From Tubulanus polymorphus (lineage: Eukaryota > Animalia > Nemertea), in contig NC_134033.1 of assembly GCF_964204645.1 (NCBI RefSeq), forward strand, positions 12,408,655-12,472,654: a stretch of 64,000 bases of DNA, written 5' to 3'. Each line of letters starts with the position of its first letter. The first letter of the stretch is position 1. This document shows positions 52,154-64,000 of this stretch, piece by piece. A program made the position numbers and the translations under genes. The notes beneath the pieces are model-generated. The model was not told where the DNA came from. It worked only from the letters and a program-made list of their open reading frames with translations, and did not search any database.

Positions 52154-52620
52154 TTAACCCTTTTCACCCGAGAAGCGATAGTTATTACTTATATAAACAC
52201 AAAAATAGGAAATAGGCATATGTCTTCCACGAAAGGAATCTTTAGTACCGTGAGACGTAAACGCGAAGTCTTAACGGGGTTTTGGAGTTCTCCCCCGAGA
52301 AAATCTGAAACAGCGTTAGTATCCTTTTCAGAGCATTAAAAGTGATTTTAAATTAGAACGCAATAATGTTATCTTGGCAAAAACCCAGGGCCTCTGGGTT
52401 CCCCAGCTAAATCCGCCCTTGTTGTATACATAACTTATATGAACTTATGGACTTATTCTATTAGCGAGTCAAATCTAACTAGAGACTATGAAGCTGTATC
52501 GTTTAGACTAATAGATCACTAGTCCACTACGAGTAGGAAGATTTGTCGCTTTTTCTTTTGATTGAACCCGTGAATGATAGCGCGAGATTTAACCGTCGAT
52601 TTCGGGGATGAAAGGGTTAA
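52154..52620. mobile_element. piggyBac-like MITE relic (TTAA-CCCTTT...AAAGGG-TTAA)
   Basis: TTAA cccttttcacccgagaagcga ... tcgatttcggggatgaaaggg TTAA, i.e. imperfect TIRs and a TTAA duplication. Confidence 0.55.
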
Positions 52621-53909
52621 CGCGATGGAGAAAGTATTAATTAGTTTTTTAAGTGATTCGTGTTGAACGATGCCAGATGTTTAACGGACCAGTGATCAGC
52701 GCTGTACTGCTGTCAGTGTAGTGAATCGACGCTGACAGGCGGCGTGTTCTGAATCGTTGTGCGGCGGTCGTGTTGTACCATCACGCGTTGATGCCAACAT
52801 GTTGCACGGTCGCACGCACTGAATAGATCAATTTGGGAATCTAGTCTAAACGTCTCGTGTTGTACTGGATGTCGTTATATTTCGATTACCGATGTTTAAA
52901 AAAAGGAACGCCGAGCGCTCCAGGATACGCTCCGAAGTGAAAAATGGTCCATGAAATCGGCCGTTGGTAGAATTCATCGGGAATCATGAAAGAGATAGGA
53001 GTGTTACCATGTAGCATCGAGTAACTCCCTGTAAATGATATAGTCAGAGAAAAGTGATCAAACGAATGTTGTGGTGAAGTTCCATAACACCCAATTTCCT
53101 GAATTCTTTATCTTAAACTCCATGAGCTCTCTTATCTAGGGTGTTGGAAATAAGAAGTGAGCCTATACCAACCTTTGCCAACAAAATGTTCGTTTGTGAA
53201 ACTGGGCTCAGGGGCCTGACGGTTGATGGGTGTCGTTTAAGGTTTCCACTTGTGGTTCCGCCAAAATACCGAACTTACTAGATGATATAGCCGGCCGCAT
53301 GTACGTTCAGATATGAAACTATATTCGGCTCGGGGCTGTGTAAGGTCAAGGACGTGTGGATTTAATCATAAGTCGTATCCATTCATCGCGCGAGAGTGAG
53401 GGATGCACTTTCAATATCGGTATGTCTTGTTTGGCGCTCCACTGGACCCGGCGATTAATAATCAAATACAAGTCCGACTCTGGCAGGCGATGTTCGCCGT
53501 ATAATAGTGTACGACAGACGTCAACGACGACCGGGCTGCGCACCGGAGTCTAGCCGTGGCATGTGAGGTTCTACGAAAGGGCTATAGAAGTATCTTTCAA
53601 ATTATGAATCATAATAGGTCGCATTAAGATCAAAACGATAGTTCAGCGTTTGAGAAACCTGTCTAGGAAAGTAAGGAGAACGGATTTGAAGAAGAAAAAA
53701 CTCAAAGCCTTAAAAACTCTAATCGTTGAAAATTTTCAGCGAATAAATGAATGGGTGATTAGATTAGAAAACTATTTAGAAGATAATAGAATCAAAATGC
53801 ACTATACACACATTAAACAGATTAAAAACGGAATTTTGGCAATCTATCAAAAGTTGACTTCAAAATTGATTTTAGATTTCGATGAATTCATTTCGTTTTT
53901 CGTCTGAGT

Positions 53910-54394
53910 GTGGCCATGCTACAGGAGCCAGTTGCTGGGTGAGGCTATGCTACAGGAGCCAGTTGCTGGGTGAGGCCATGCTACAGGAGCCAGTTGCTGG
54001 GTGAGGCTATGCTACAGGAGCCAGTTGCTGGGTGAGGCCATGCTACAGGAGCCAGTTGCTGGGTGAGGCTATGCTACAAGAGCCAGTTGCTGGGTGAGGC
54101 TATGCTACAAGAGCCAGTTGCTGGGTGAGGCTATGCTACAGGAGCCAGTTGCTGGGTGAGGTTATGCTACAGGAGCCAGTTGCTGGGTGAGGCCATGCTA
54201 CAAGAGCCAGTTGCTGGGTGAGGCTATGCTACAGGAGCCAGTTGCTGGGTGAGGTTATGCTACAGGAGCCAGTTGCTGGGTGAGGCCATGCTACAAGAGC
54301 CAGTTGCTGGGTGAGGCTATGCTACAGGAGCCAGTTGCTGGGTGAGGTTATGCTACAGGAGCCAGTTGCTGGGTGAGGTTATGCTACAGGGGCC
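53910..54394 (+). repeat. 31-bp minisatellite, about 15.6 copies
   Basis: Unit GAGG(CT/CC/TT)ATGCTACA(G/A)GAGCCAGTTGCTGGGT, contiguous with no spacers. Confidence 0.98.
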
Positions 54395-54396
54395 GA

Positions 54397-54506
54397 GGCC
54401 AGTTGCTCAAGAGTTAGTGGATAGTTGACATTGTGGACAATCAAAAGTTCATTGTTAATGGTATTCATCCACTAGATATCTTTAACCAACTTTTCAGCAA
54501 GCGGCC
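54397..54506. mobile_element. Short MITE with GGCCAGTTGCTCAA.AGTT terminal inverted repeats
   Basis: Left ggccagttgctcaagagttagtggata, right atccactagatatctttaaccaacttttcagcaagcggcc. Confidence 0.65.
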
Positions 54507-57500
54507 GCAACAGACGTTTTCAAGTTTCCAGATCCCCGTTTGAGTTTATCAGTCTCTATATACCCATAACTGCATTAGATATTGCATCATTAATATTTCA
54601 TCGAATACTCGACCGTTAACTACATTCTTGATAATTTAATTCGTCACAGAGCAACATCATTTTACAATCGTTTGATTAGTGAAACGGCACTCGAGTCATT
54701 AATTAATTAGTTTATCGATCATCACACGTGACGCGTGCTGGTCGCTTGCGTCGTTGAAAAATAGCGCGCACCCGATCTATTGTTTGCGTATCGATGTCTG
54801 CGCTCTCACACTGCACGCTTCATACGCGGAAGCCAAAGAATCGAAACAAAAAATCAATTCTTATCTTGAATGAAATCCTGTCTCGGCGTCGGCTTCGTCA
54901 TAGCGCGTGTACATATGGGAATAATGATACGTAATACGACAGAACCCGGTTACGTCGATATTTGTACAGAAATTCTATAATTAAAGTTCAGCGATCTTTT
55001 TAGTTAAAACTGGGCGTCTTTTCTTGTCTCGTGAAGAATATTCGAGTTGATCGATCGAGTTCGAGCCGAATCGCGTCAAATCGTTGAATTCCCGCGACCG
55101 GACGGATGATTCTCCGCCTCAATGTTGCGAGAGTGCCATCATTTTTCGGCTCGATATTTAAAAAAAAAAAACGTTTTTCATTCTTTGTGAAACAACTCGC
55201 GCAGGTATGACTCACCGAATTTTGAGAAGAAAATATAATCTTTTGATTAGCGATCTTTTCGCTTTATCATATTTTTTTCTTTTTTTCGCACAAGAGGCTG
55301 ATGACGTCTACACACTGGAGGGTGGAGTCCAAAGAATCGTTCGCTTATAAAAAGAACCTCGCCTAATTATGACTGGAAAAGAAATGTACAATATTTGACT
55401 CGTTTGATAGCCCCATGCATAACTCATTTTTCTTATGAACCTTTGAATAAATAAATAATTGTATGATTGTGGAAGTGGTTAAACAGCTCGCGAGTGGTTT
55501 TAGTAATCAGGCGGCTCGATACCCAGACAGAGTCAAGTTTAAGTCTTCACGGATTTGTATTTTTGAAGAAAGTTCATTCTGGGGAATTCCGAAAATCGTA
55601 CAAAACGTTATTGCCTGATATTTCGTATCCGCAACGAAAAAAGGACCAAACATGCAACATTCTGAGAGTTAGATCTAACATCTTAATCTAAAAACAATCA
55701 TAAAACCATCTCGGCACCAGAAGTAAACGTTGCTTAGTAAGCCTGTCATATTTGCATAGCACAAACGTGGTTACGTGTTAAGTCGCAGTGAAATTTAGGC
55801 GCACTCACCGGGAATCGAACCCGGGTCCTATGCCAACTATAAGTTATGGCAAGTCATCATTACGTAACGCTGCATGGTTATTATCATGAACTTTCATCAG
55901 TCGACATTCAAAGATTCTCGTCAACGAATACTGTTTACTCACTTTTAAATGCTTACCGAAATAAAAATATCTTGCCTTATTCCTTGTTCGCTTTGTTAAT
56001 GGAAAATATTTGTTTCGTTGAGTGTTTCGTCTTCAATAAAAGTCGTTGAAATTGATTTACTCGTCGCATCGGATTTCGCTGACGTAATATTGAACACAAT
56101 TCCGCAATTTGCGATTTATTCCCGCCGCAAAGGGCACGCGTCGGGTGATCCCGATTCCAGTATTTAGACGTGAATACAATGGGATGCCGGTTTCGCTACT
56201 GCTGCGGCAGTCGATGATCCGCTAGGTGCGCTAATGTTCCGTAGGACTTGAATGATAGATTATGCTCCGTTTGTGACGTTTCATACGATGAGCTGCATTT
56301 TACCCAATTAGCTTAATTCATCGAAATAGGCTTAGATGTATATAGATCTCTCCAATCCTACAGCAGTGCTTAGGTGAAGAAAAAAATCTTTACAAGTTGT
56401 TGGTGTTTACGGCTGAAGTGACCAAGGAACTTCAAAATAACTTCAAAAAGGAACTCACAAATATTGAGAATTTTTATCATGAAATCAATTGCCGTTAGAA
56501 AATGTTTGTTTACCCCTTACCCCATATCAGCGAAGATCTGTTATCCAATAATCCATGATAGTAGTGATTTCTGAGAAACAACCCGAGGTAATGGATGGGG
56601 ACGGAAGGGTAAAATGAACGTGAGAAAAAAAAACGAAATAAAAATTCAATAAACGCCTTTGATAAAGTCGCTTATCGCCGGCGATGAAAACGGATAAATA
56701 GCTTTAATGAAAAAAAAGAAGAGATTTCTAAATAAGAATTCAATAACGGCGTCAAAGATATCCACAGGCTCGTATTAGTTGTGCGCATTGAAAAATTGGT
56801 TTCGCACAATTTCACCTGAATGTTATCCGCCCGGCGATGTTCTTTTATCTACGATGGAATTTGATTGTTAAGTGGGTGATTTCTAATCTGCGTGCGGTGA
56901 GGAGCCGCCGCGAAAATTGCCTTCGTAAGCGACGTCGCACACACGCGCTCGCTGACGATCACCGAGCCGCAATCGTCGACACTTCTGGCTATACACGGCG
57001 TTGATTAACAAAAAATGCCGCGCGTCCTCGATGAGAGATGAAATTGCGTTTTAATATTACAATCCGCATCTCTGGCGCGCGAAGGGCGAAAGAGAATAAG
57101 AGGACGATGGAATGAAAGTGAAATTGGCGGCGGCGGCGCTAAAACACGGCCTTATGGAAGTACGGACTCGTTTGTGAGTCACAGCGTTGCCCAAGGTTGT
57201 CTTCGATGGCTTCGGTTTGAGCTTTATTTGTTTAGCTGAAATTAGATTATGACGCTAGCAGTCAGAAGCCGACTTGAGTCAACAGGATCTATACCTGCGG
57301 ATCGTCTGAACAGATTCTCACACCACAAAGGGATCCCGATCTCAGTTTGTGGTACCCAACATTTGAAAATAACGACCGTGATGTACGAAAGACAAGTTGA
57401 TTTTGATGTCACAAAGTTGACTCGTAAAGGGTCGTGACGTGTAGATTAATTGAGATTGATGCAGATATCAATCTGCAGTTTGGAGCCACCCCAGAAACTC

Positions 57501-58544
57501 GTTCGCTGGTATAGTATATCATCAGGACACCGTCCATGGTAGTATGAAATCTTGACGATCACTTTTTACTCGTCTGCCCGTACTTCCAGGAATCCAGAGC
57601 TAGATATATCCCGGAGCGTTATTGGAGATTCCCCAATAACGTAAAGTTGTATGATTTGTTTAACTCAAATTGCCAAACTCTTAAAAAATTGGCGTTGTAT
57701 ATACGCAAATGTTTAATACATTTCTAATGTTAAATGTTGCAATGTCTATTGTAAATTAATTTTGTGCTCTGTGCAATTGTATAATTGTGGAGTAAATAAA
57801 CTTAACTTAACTTAACTTAACTTTTTGAAAGGCGCTGATAAAATGTCTAGCGTTTGTAGTTAATTTCATCACAAAGTAAATTATTAATTAGACATTTTCG
57901 TGGCCTAATCGCAGGGTAGACTGACGATCAAAACTTGGAAGAATAGTGTCGATGTTTAGAACGCCCAGGGGAGTCCAGATACGCAGTTCCACAGTGTTTG
58001 TGAATCGCAGATATAGATTCGGGGGTCAGACTCGAACTCATGTTTGGAAGTGTCTGACGCGTAAATACCGGATGGCAATAAACCATTCTCTCGATTCTAA
58101 ACTCTGAAATCGGTGATAATAAAGAGGTTTTGATGTTGTTTTAGGCTATCGTACAATATGAGTCAGTGTGTGACAGCATACAAACACGGGCTCTCATCAC
58201 TTCGATCACACACCACCACCACCCTAATCTATCTTAATGGCCGGAAGGAAGGATGCGCTCCGACGATTAGTGTTCACTCGCAGGTGATCATTGTAAACCA
58301 ATGATTTTGTTATGAAACGCCCCAAACGAAGTCGCATTATCGATCGTCAGTGTTAACTGCATAATATACGTCAAAGCTTAATAACCAGTAAATAAAAAAG
58401 TGACTTCTATTTCGGTTATTGTTTCGAGGAGGCATCTTAATACTGTACGCACGTGTTTTGAAGGATTTCATCCCGCCCGTGTGCGATAGAGTGTATATAG
58501 ATTACGGCTTAGAGACGCGATGAGGGTTCGAGAAACCGACAGTC

Positions 58545-58842
58545 ACCAGATGTCCTGAATTGATGAGACCAGCGCATTGACTGACATCTAGCACGTCACC
58601 AGCATTCAGAGTTAAACGGTCCTGTGGACGTATGGTAGACCAGTATACTGACTACTACTACCAGGATTCAAACACATGTACCATGAATTGACGAGAGACC
58701 AGTACATGAAAGATTGACTGACTGCTAACAACAGGATTCAAACACATGAAACCCGAATCAATGAGAGACCAGACTGACCAACTGACTGACTGACTGACTG
58801 ACCGACAAATAAACCTTGATGTCCTTGGATTGACGAGAGACT
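58545..58842 (-). repeat. Second, more decayed tandem array of the 46476-46720 tRNA-like unit (about 5 units), inverted
   Basis: caggattcaaacacatg and tga(t/c)gagagaccag recur at about 70-bp spacing, with gactgactgactg spacers. Confidence 0.8.
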
Positions 58843-60708
58843 GTATTAGAAACCGATGCTTACACAAACTCGGCGAGTGTAGCTTGTAATAGTTTTCACC
58901 GGTTGGAAAGGGTTAACTATTGTATATTGTATTGCGGGATTTATACAGCGTTTTACTAAGAGCCTGCAATAGTGAGATAAGACAACCGAAAGGTGTTAAC
59001 AACAACTGAAAGCTCGTTGACCGTTCTCACTTTTTTTCCTGCGCTCTGCCATATATTATTATCAGTTCGTGTTGGTTCCTTCGTTTGAGCGATGAGTTCT
59101 TTCTTTCCCATCCGTCATTTTTCTACCTGTCAATTTTGTAACTGCTATTTCGTATCAAAATCTAAACTGATACAGTATTCAGAAATAAATACTTTATGCG
59201 GGTTATATCCGGCCTTCCCCGAAAATATCCGTATCCTGATCGTCATTTTTTTTCGTCTATGTACAGGGCTTCATCCGAGACATAATTGAAAATCAACTAA
59301 CAACAAGTGAACTACAAACAACATACATTTTATGAGTGCACTTTCAAAAAGTCAAGATTTCCCCAAACAATAATTACAGTCTGGAGCGATGGTTTTAGGT
59401 TGCTAGTAATTGATTGCTGCGTTAGTTCACGTATCGAGGTTGAGTGTGTTTACAACAATTTCGCAATTGTGGAAACTGCAGGAATCTTGTAATCGTTAAA
59501 CTGTATGCTATATACGTTACTCGTTGTGTGTATATATCATGTAAGTCAGCTACATTGTAATCAACAGTGAATCTAGCACTGTTTTCGTACGGTACACGTC
59601 TGTAATTAGTAACACGTTAATTGTTAACAAGAGGCTGTCTCGGGTACGGGGAGGGAACGATCGTATGAGTTTGTGTACAGAGACACCTACCGGTCAACGC
59701 TGCAAACTGCCCTGGATATGCTCCATCCGTCCGTGATATTGGTGATAACTTGTTTTGGTGGCAGACTTCATTTTCAATCTCAGTGATAGCATTTTAGAAC
59801 GTATTGTATTAGGTATTAGCGAAGGCCTTCCGCAATGGTTTCCCTTACCGTTGTCGAATGCAATCCGGGCCCACGCCCTGCCTTCTGATTGAGTTAAGCA
59901 TTTTTGCCAAGAAAGTTCTAGTGATGGTCGCTCTGCAAATTTGACATTCATCTTCACAGAAATCGTATCTTCTGGGATGTATTTTTTCACGCTTTTCTTA
60001 CACCTCAGCTGACGTCTGTTGGAAGCCATGCTTCGTGCGCTACCGAGGACGGCCCTTCCTTTGCGTTCAGACTTCCACGTCCCCTTTACAAAACCTACCC
60101 TAAAATGCGCCATATCACTAATAAACATTAAGAAAAATAGTACTTTGAAGAATAACTTGGTTTCATTAAAAGTACGAACTTTCGCTATAGCTTCATCAGG
60201 TAAATAAATCGACGATGCTTCATTATTAAGTAAAAGGCCCCGAGGTTTCGGAGAGTATCGATATCTATAGCGGCCGAATTGTCGGGAGTTTTTACGGCCG
60301 CTAATCGGCTGCAGGTTGTAAAGGGTTAAATACCGTCAGGGGATACGTGTCATCGCGACGTGACGCTTTGATTTCGACGACGACTCCATCAACAAGTGAT
60401 GATCGCATTACGCGCCTCAAAACAGAAAAGGGAACATAGTTTTTATCCCGAGCAATATATATGCTAATGATCGCCGTCTCTGAATCTGTTCGTCGAGTCG
60501 AAGGAAACGCGTGACGCGACGAGACCGAGAGGAGGAGGATGTGTTTATTCTTCGATAACTTTGAGAAGGCTAAAAAATAAAACAAAAAAAAAAGAGAAAT
60601 TCATCTTCGCGCCACCGAAATGAAGTGTTTACCACCAGTTGCGTGAAAGGAAAATTACGTTTCCATTTTTTGTTTGAGTTAATTCGGCTGATTACAATGA
60701 ACGTAATA

Positions 60709-60886
60709 CACTGGGCCCTCGTTAAAAAGAACTTCAGACGACCAAAAAATCTGTTAGTTATAACCGATAGTTCGTTGTACTCAGCGTGAAATTATCAAAA
60801 TTGTCCAATTCGAGACGAAATGTTTAGGTTTGTTATAACTGATGCATCGTTATATGCGATCAGGTCGTTATAACGAGGTTCCGCTT
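60709..60886. mobile_element. Tigger/pogo-like MITE relic
   Basis: TA-cactgggccctcgttaaaaaga ... tcgttataacgaggttccgctt, with internal gttata(a) subrepeats. Confidence 0.55.
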
Positions 60887-61464
60887 TTTATCCTTAGAAT
60901 GTGCTATCAGACTTTTTTTTGATTTGAGAAAATGATATCACGAGGTCACCTAACAAAATGGCGGCTAGCAACTGTAAAATGGTTTCTTGAGAAGATTTAG
61001 CTTTAAGACATACCTCAGGAACCTTCAATCTATTTATAGCTTAAAACTCGTTAAGATACGATGATTTTTATGCGGTGAACGGCTTGCTAGTTAAACATGA
61101 TTTAAGAATTAGTTAAAATAAAAATGAAATGAAATTCATTCGCAGTTGCGAATACAGTATTAATTCGTTGAGCACAATTCAGAGATCAAAATCTCACGTA
61201 ACGTTAGTACATATATACACGTGTATCTCATATTGGATAGGTTCCCTGTTATGAATTCACGAAGGCTTGCCTGTTTCAGGCACGTTCTACTGGAGGAGGT
61301 ATCCAATATCTGATAAATATTTCATCGTTGATCGCTCTTATCACCGACGAAACGTTTCTGATAAGTTAAGTCAATACTAAGATGTATGTATATATGTATA
61401 TTACATGCGAAAACCACTTTATTTCATACAGGTTTTGCTGCTATCATTCTGTAACATATGCAGG

Positions 61465-61682
61465 AATATAAACTTAGAGGTTCATTGAAAGTAACATCAA
61501 AATAGATATATTGCTTAAGATTTTCGACAATGATATAATATATATATAATATGAATAGTATATCATCAAGAATTGAGTCAGATGATTATCAAGACTTATT
61601 TCTTTAAGTTATCGGCGATTGAATTGAATTGACCGGCAACCAGTCTAGCCCCCAACATTGATGACGTAGTGCACGTTCACTC
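61465..61682 (+). mobile_element. Dispersed repeat family A, copy 4 (3'-truncated)
   Basis: gaattgaattgaccggcaaccagtctagcccccaacattgatgacgtagtgcac. Confidence 0.8.
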
Positions 61683-64000
61683 AAGACGTCATCATCAAAC
61701 AAACATGATGTTTCTTGTTTCTTGTCTTTTTCAATTCTCAGTTCTCTCCTTTGAAATAGTTTGCACGGATTTCAAATTTTAGAAAGCATTATGAAGTGGG
61801 CCTGAAGGCAGGTGGAATCAGTAACTTAACTCCGGCTAGTACGACTACACGCATACCGTGTATTCAATGTACGCAGGATTAAAGTATTTACCGTGACCGT
61901 TCAATGATTGCCCATTGTCACTAACCTCGATCCATTAACGTATCTCAATACGCGGCATTGGCTGCTGTTGCGGCCATATTTACTTTCGGAAATTGGCGTT
62001 TTGTATCGGGTATGAATAGGCGCGCGCGAACAGCAACAGTTGGCATATATCCGCTGCGCGCAAAGCGATGCAATTTAGAAGATGCCGCTAATGCATGCGC
62101 GGAATGAAAAAATAATGACAGGCGCCATCGGTCTATTCGGCGTGATGTAATTTTTTTCAAGGGGCTCTACGTCGGTTCGTGTTTGCTTTATCAAATTACC
62201 GTTATTGTCCGCTCGATTCCGGGGACGAGTACCTTATCGAGATGTACCAAGCGCAACAGATTACCGCCGGTGAATACGGCGTAAATGCTTCATTTTTCCG
62301 CCCTATTGTCGACGGTATGATCGAATTTGAGACGCAAGTACCGAATACGCGCGAAGTTACGGGGTTCAAATCTGTCGGAAACTAAGTTTATATATAAAGT
62401 AAAAAGCCTGAGGCCGGAAGATAATGAGATAGAATCGGCGGCGATGATCATGGTTCAAGACAGCCGAGGTCTGCCGCGGATCTGAATTTTGGTCCTTATT
62501 TCATGATGGAATATTGTCAGTACGACGTGCAGGCATGTTCTCTTATAAAGCCGGGTGTAGCCTTGGAACTGCGACCCATTGAAACGGGTCGCAAGGCCAA
62601 CCTACTGCCGGTTTCAACAACAAACAGGTCATGATTTTGAAGAGGACTTGAGGATTGTGATTTGACTGTGATCACGAGAATGAAATGATGTTCAAGCTGA
62701 TAGTCTTTCTTTGCCTCAAGGCGTTAGTTATCAGGGCTTCGCGTTAGTCTAAGCAGCAAGGCCTTGTCCGAGCATGAACTCTACTTTCGAGTTCTTGAAA
62801 TACGAAAAACTTCCCCTTCATCCCTTTTAATGATTTCTATGTAGTTACCTGGCGACTACTCCCGATTGAAACAAGGGCTTTCCTTCTGATATCGGACGAA
62901 ATCGAAATACATCGTTCGAGGGACACATTATATCAATATTATAGTATAACGATTAAAGAATTGTGTACAAATTATATCATTTACATCGTATTACGATTAG
63001 AAATTGACAGTGAATGCATGGATCGAACCCGCAAGTCACGTACGTACAAAAAGCGTGCTAATCAGTAATACTAATAGAACCACTATTGGCCAGTGTGGTT
63101 GTATACAGCTTAAAGTCGTATTTGCGTAAAAATCGTTCCCATCATTTGCATCCATTACAACAACGAAGTACGTATGTATATATACATATATGGGAGTCTG
63201 GTTTTTAAGAGGGCAATGACACAGCCACTTGAAGTGCTGCATTGACTTTGGAGAGAGCTTTAAAAACACGTCAGTCGTTTTTCTTAGATTCCTTTTTCTC
63301 CGCGTATAATGTCGCGATTCGATTTATTTGGTTCGCATTTTCGAAAATATACCCGAGTCACGTCGAATAGGACAATAAACAAGCACTTTACGCGTAGACG
63401 CTGTGACAAATTCAGTTTCAAACGAAATTAAGGCTTATTCGGCAGTTGTTGCGGGGAATTTAGCGATAGCTTCCGTTTTCTCGAGTACGCGCAGCGCGCT
63501 GCCACTAGTTGCGCCGTCGACTCGACTCGAATTGAGTTAATTTCGTATTCAAGGCGCCGTGTCGTCTCCCGGGCTACCGGATTAGCTAAATTCGTCTGTC
63601 AAGATTTTTCAAACGTCCTTGAGTTCCATGAATACTAATTAGCGCTGGAGAATCGATCGCAAAAAGCGCATTAATTTCTACTTTGATTCGATTATACAAT
63701 TCGGTTTTATGTTTTGACTCGAATCGAATCGAGTGACTCCGCTTCGTGAGAAAACAAGAAGTAAAAACGCAATTAATTTCAGAGTCTTTCAAAGATATGA
63801 ACATTAAAGATATTAACAGGCAGTCGTTTTTAGAGACGATTCATTAGATTAGTCCATTTATGATGGTTTAACTCAAAGTTTCACTCACTTTAAGTTAAAT
63901 GTTACCACGGACTGTTGAATCCCGAGAATAGTACGATGAATTTCGATCGATTATGAGACACACTTCAAAATCAAGGTATCAAATGATTCGTCAATTTTTG

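Noticed and set aside
53910-54394. CRISPR-like 31-bp repeats
   Set aside because: The units are contiguous with no unique spacers, there are no cas genes, and the context is eukaryotic.
55752-55772. ttgcatagcacaaacgtgg resembling miR-153
   Set aside because: It has an indel and mismatches, and no complementary hairpin arm.
60171-60210. Minus-strand CTGATGA-agctatagc-GAAA-gttc-GTA hammerhead core
   Set aside because: Stems I and III do not pair.

Overview
This is eukaryotic, animal-like genomic DNA of roughly 40% GC by eye. It is probably from an invertebrate, judging by the repeat styles, but that is an inference and no organism is claimed. The window is almost entirely non-coding. None of the six-frame ORFs resembles a protein family I recognise, and there are no operons, rRNA genes, intact tRNA genes or CRISPR arrays. 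The best-supported gene element is a + strand first coding exon at 51308-51409 (signal peptide plus a Cys motif, ending in AAG|GTAAGA). It sits behind a CpG-rich, GATA-site-dense promoter/5'UTR region at about 50.2-51.3 kb. Weaker + strand splice elements occur at 1720 (possible recursive splice site) and 19052-19129. The rest is short decayed mobile-element relics (MITEs, tRNA-derived SINE heads, Helitron-like ends, hammerhead-like motifs), minisatellites and microsatellites. The most striking unexplained signal is a roughly 1-kb quasi-periodic alternation across the whole window between CpG-dense blocks and CpG-poor blocks, with most mobile-element relics in the CpG-poor blocks. Second are two 32-40 bp palindromes with 7-bp flanking duplications whose geometry matches P-element excision footprints. 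All alignments and counts were done by eye, and boundaries of decayed repeats are approximate.
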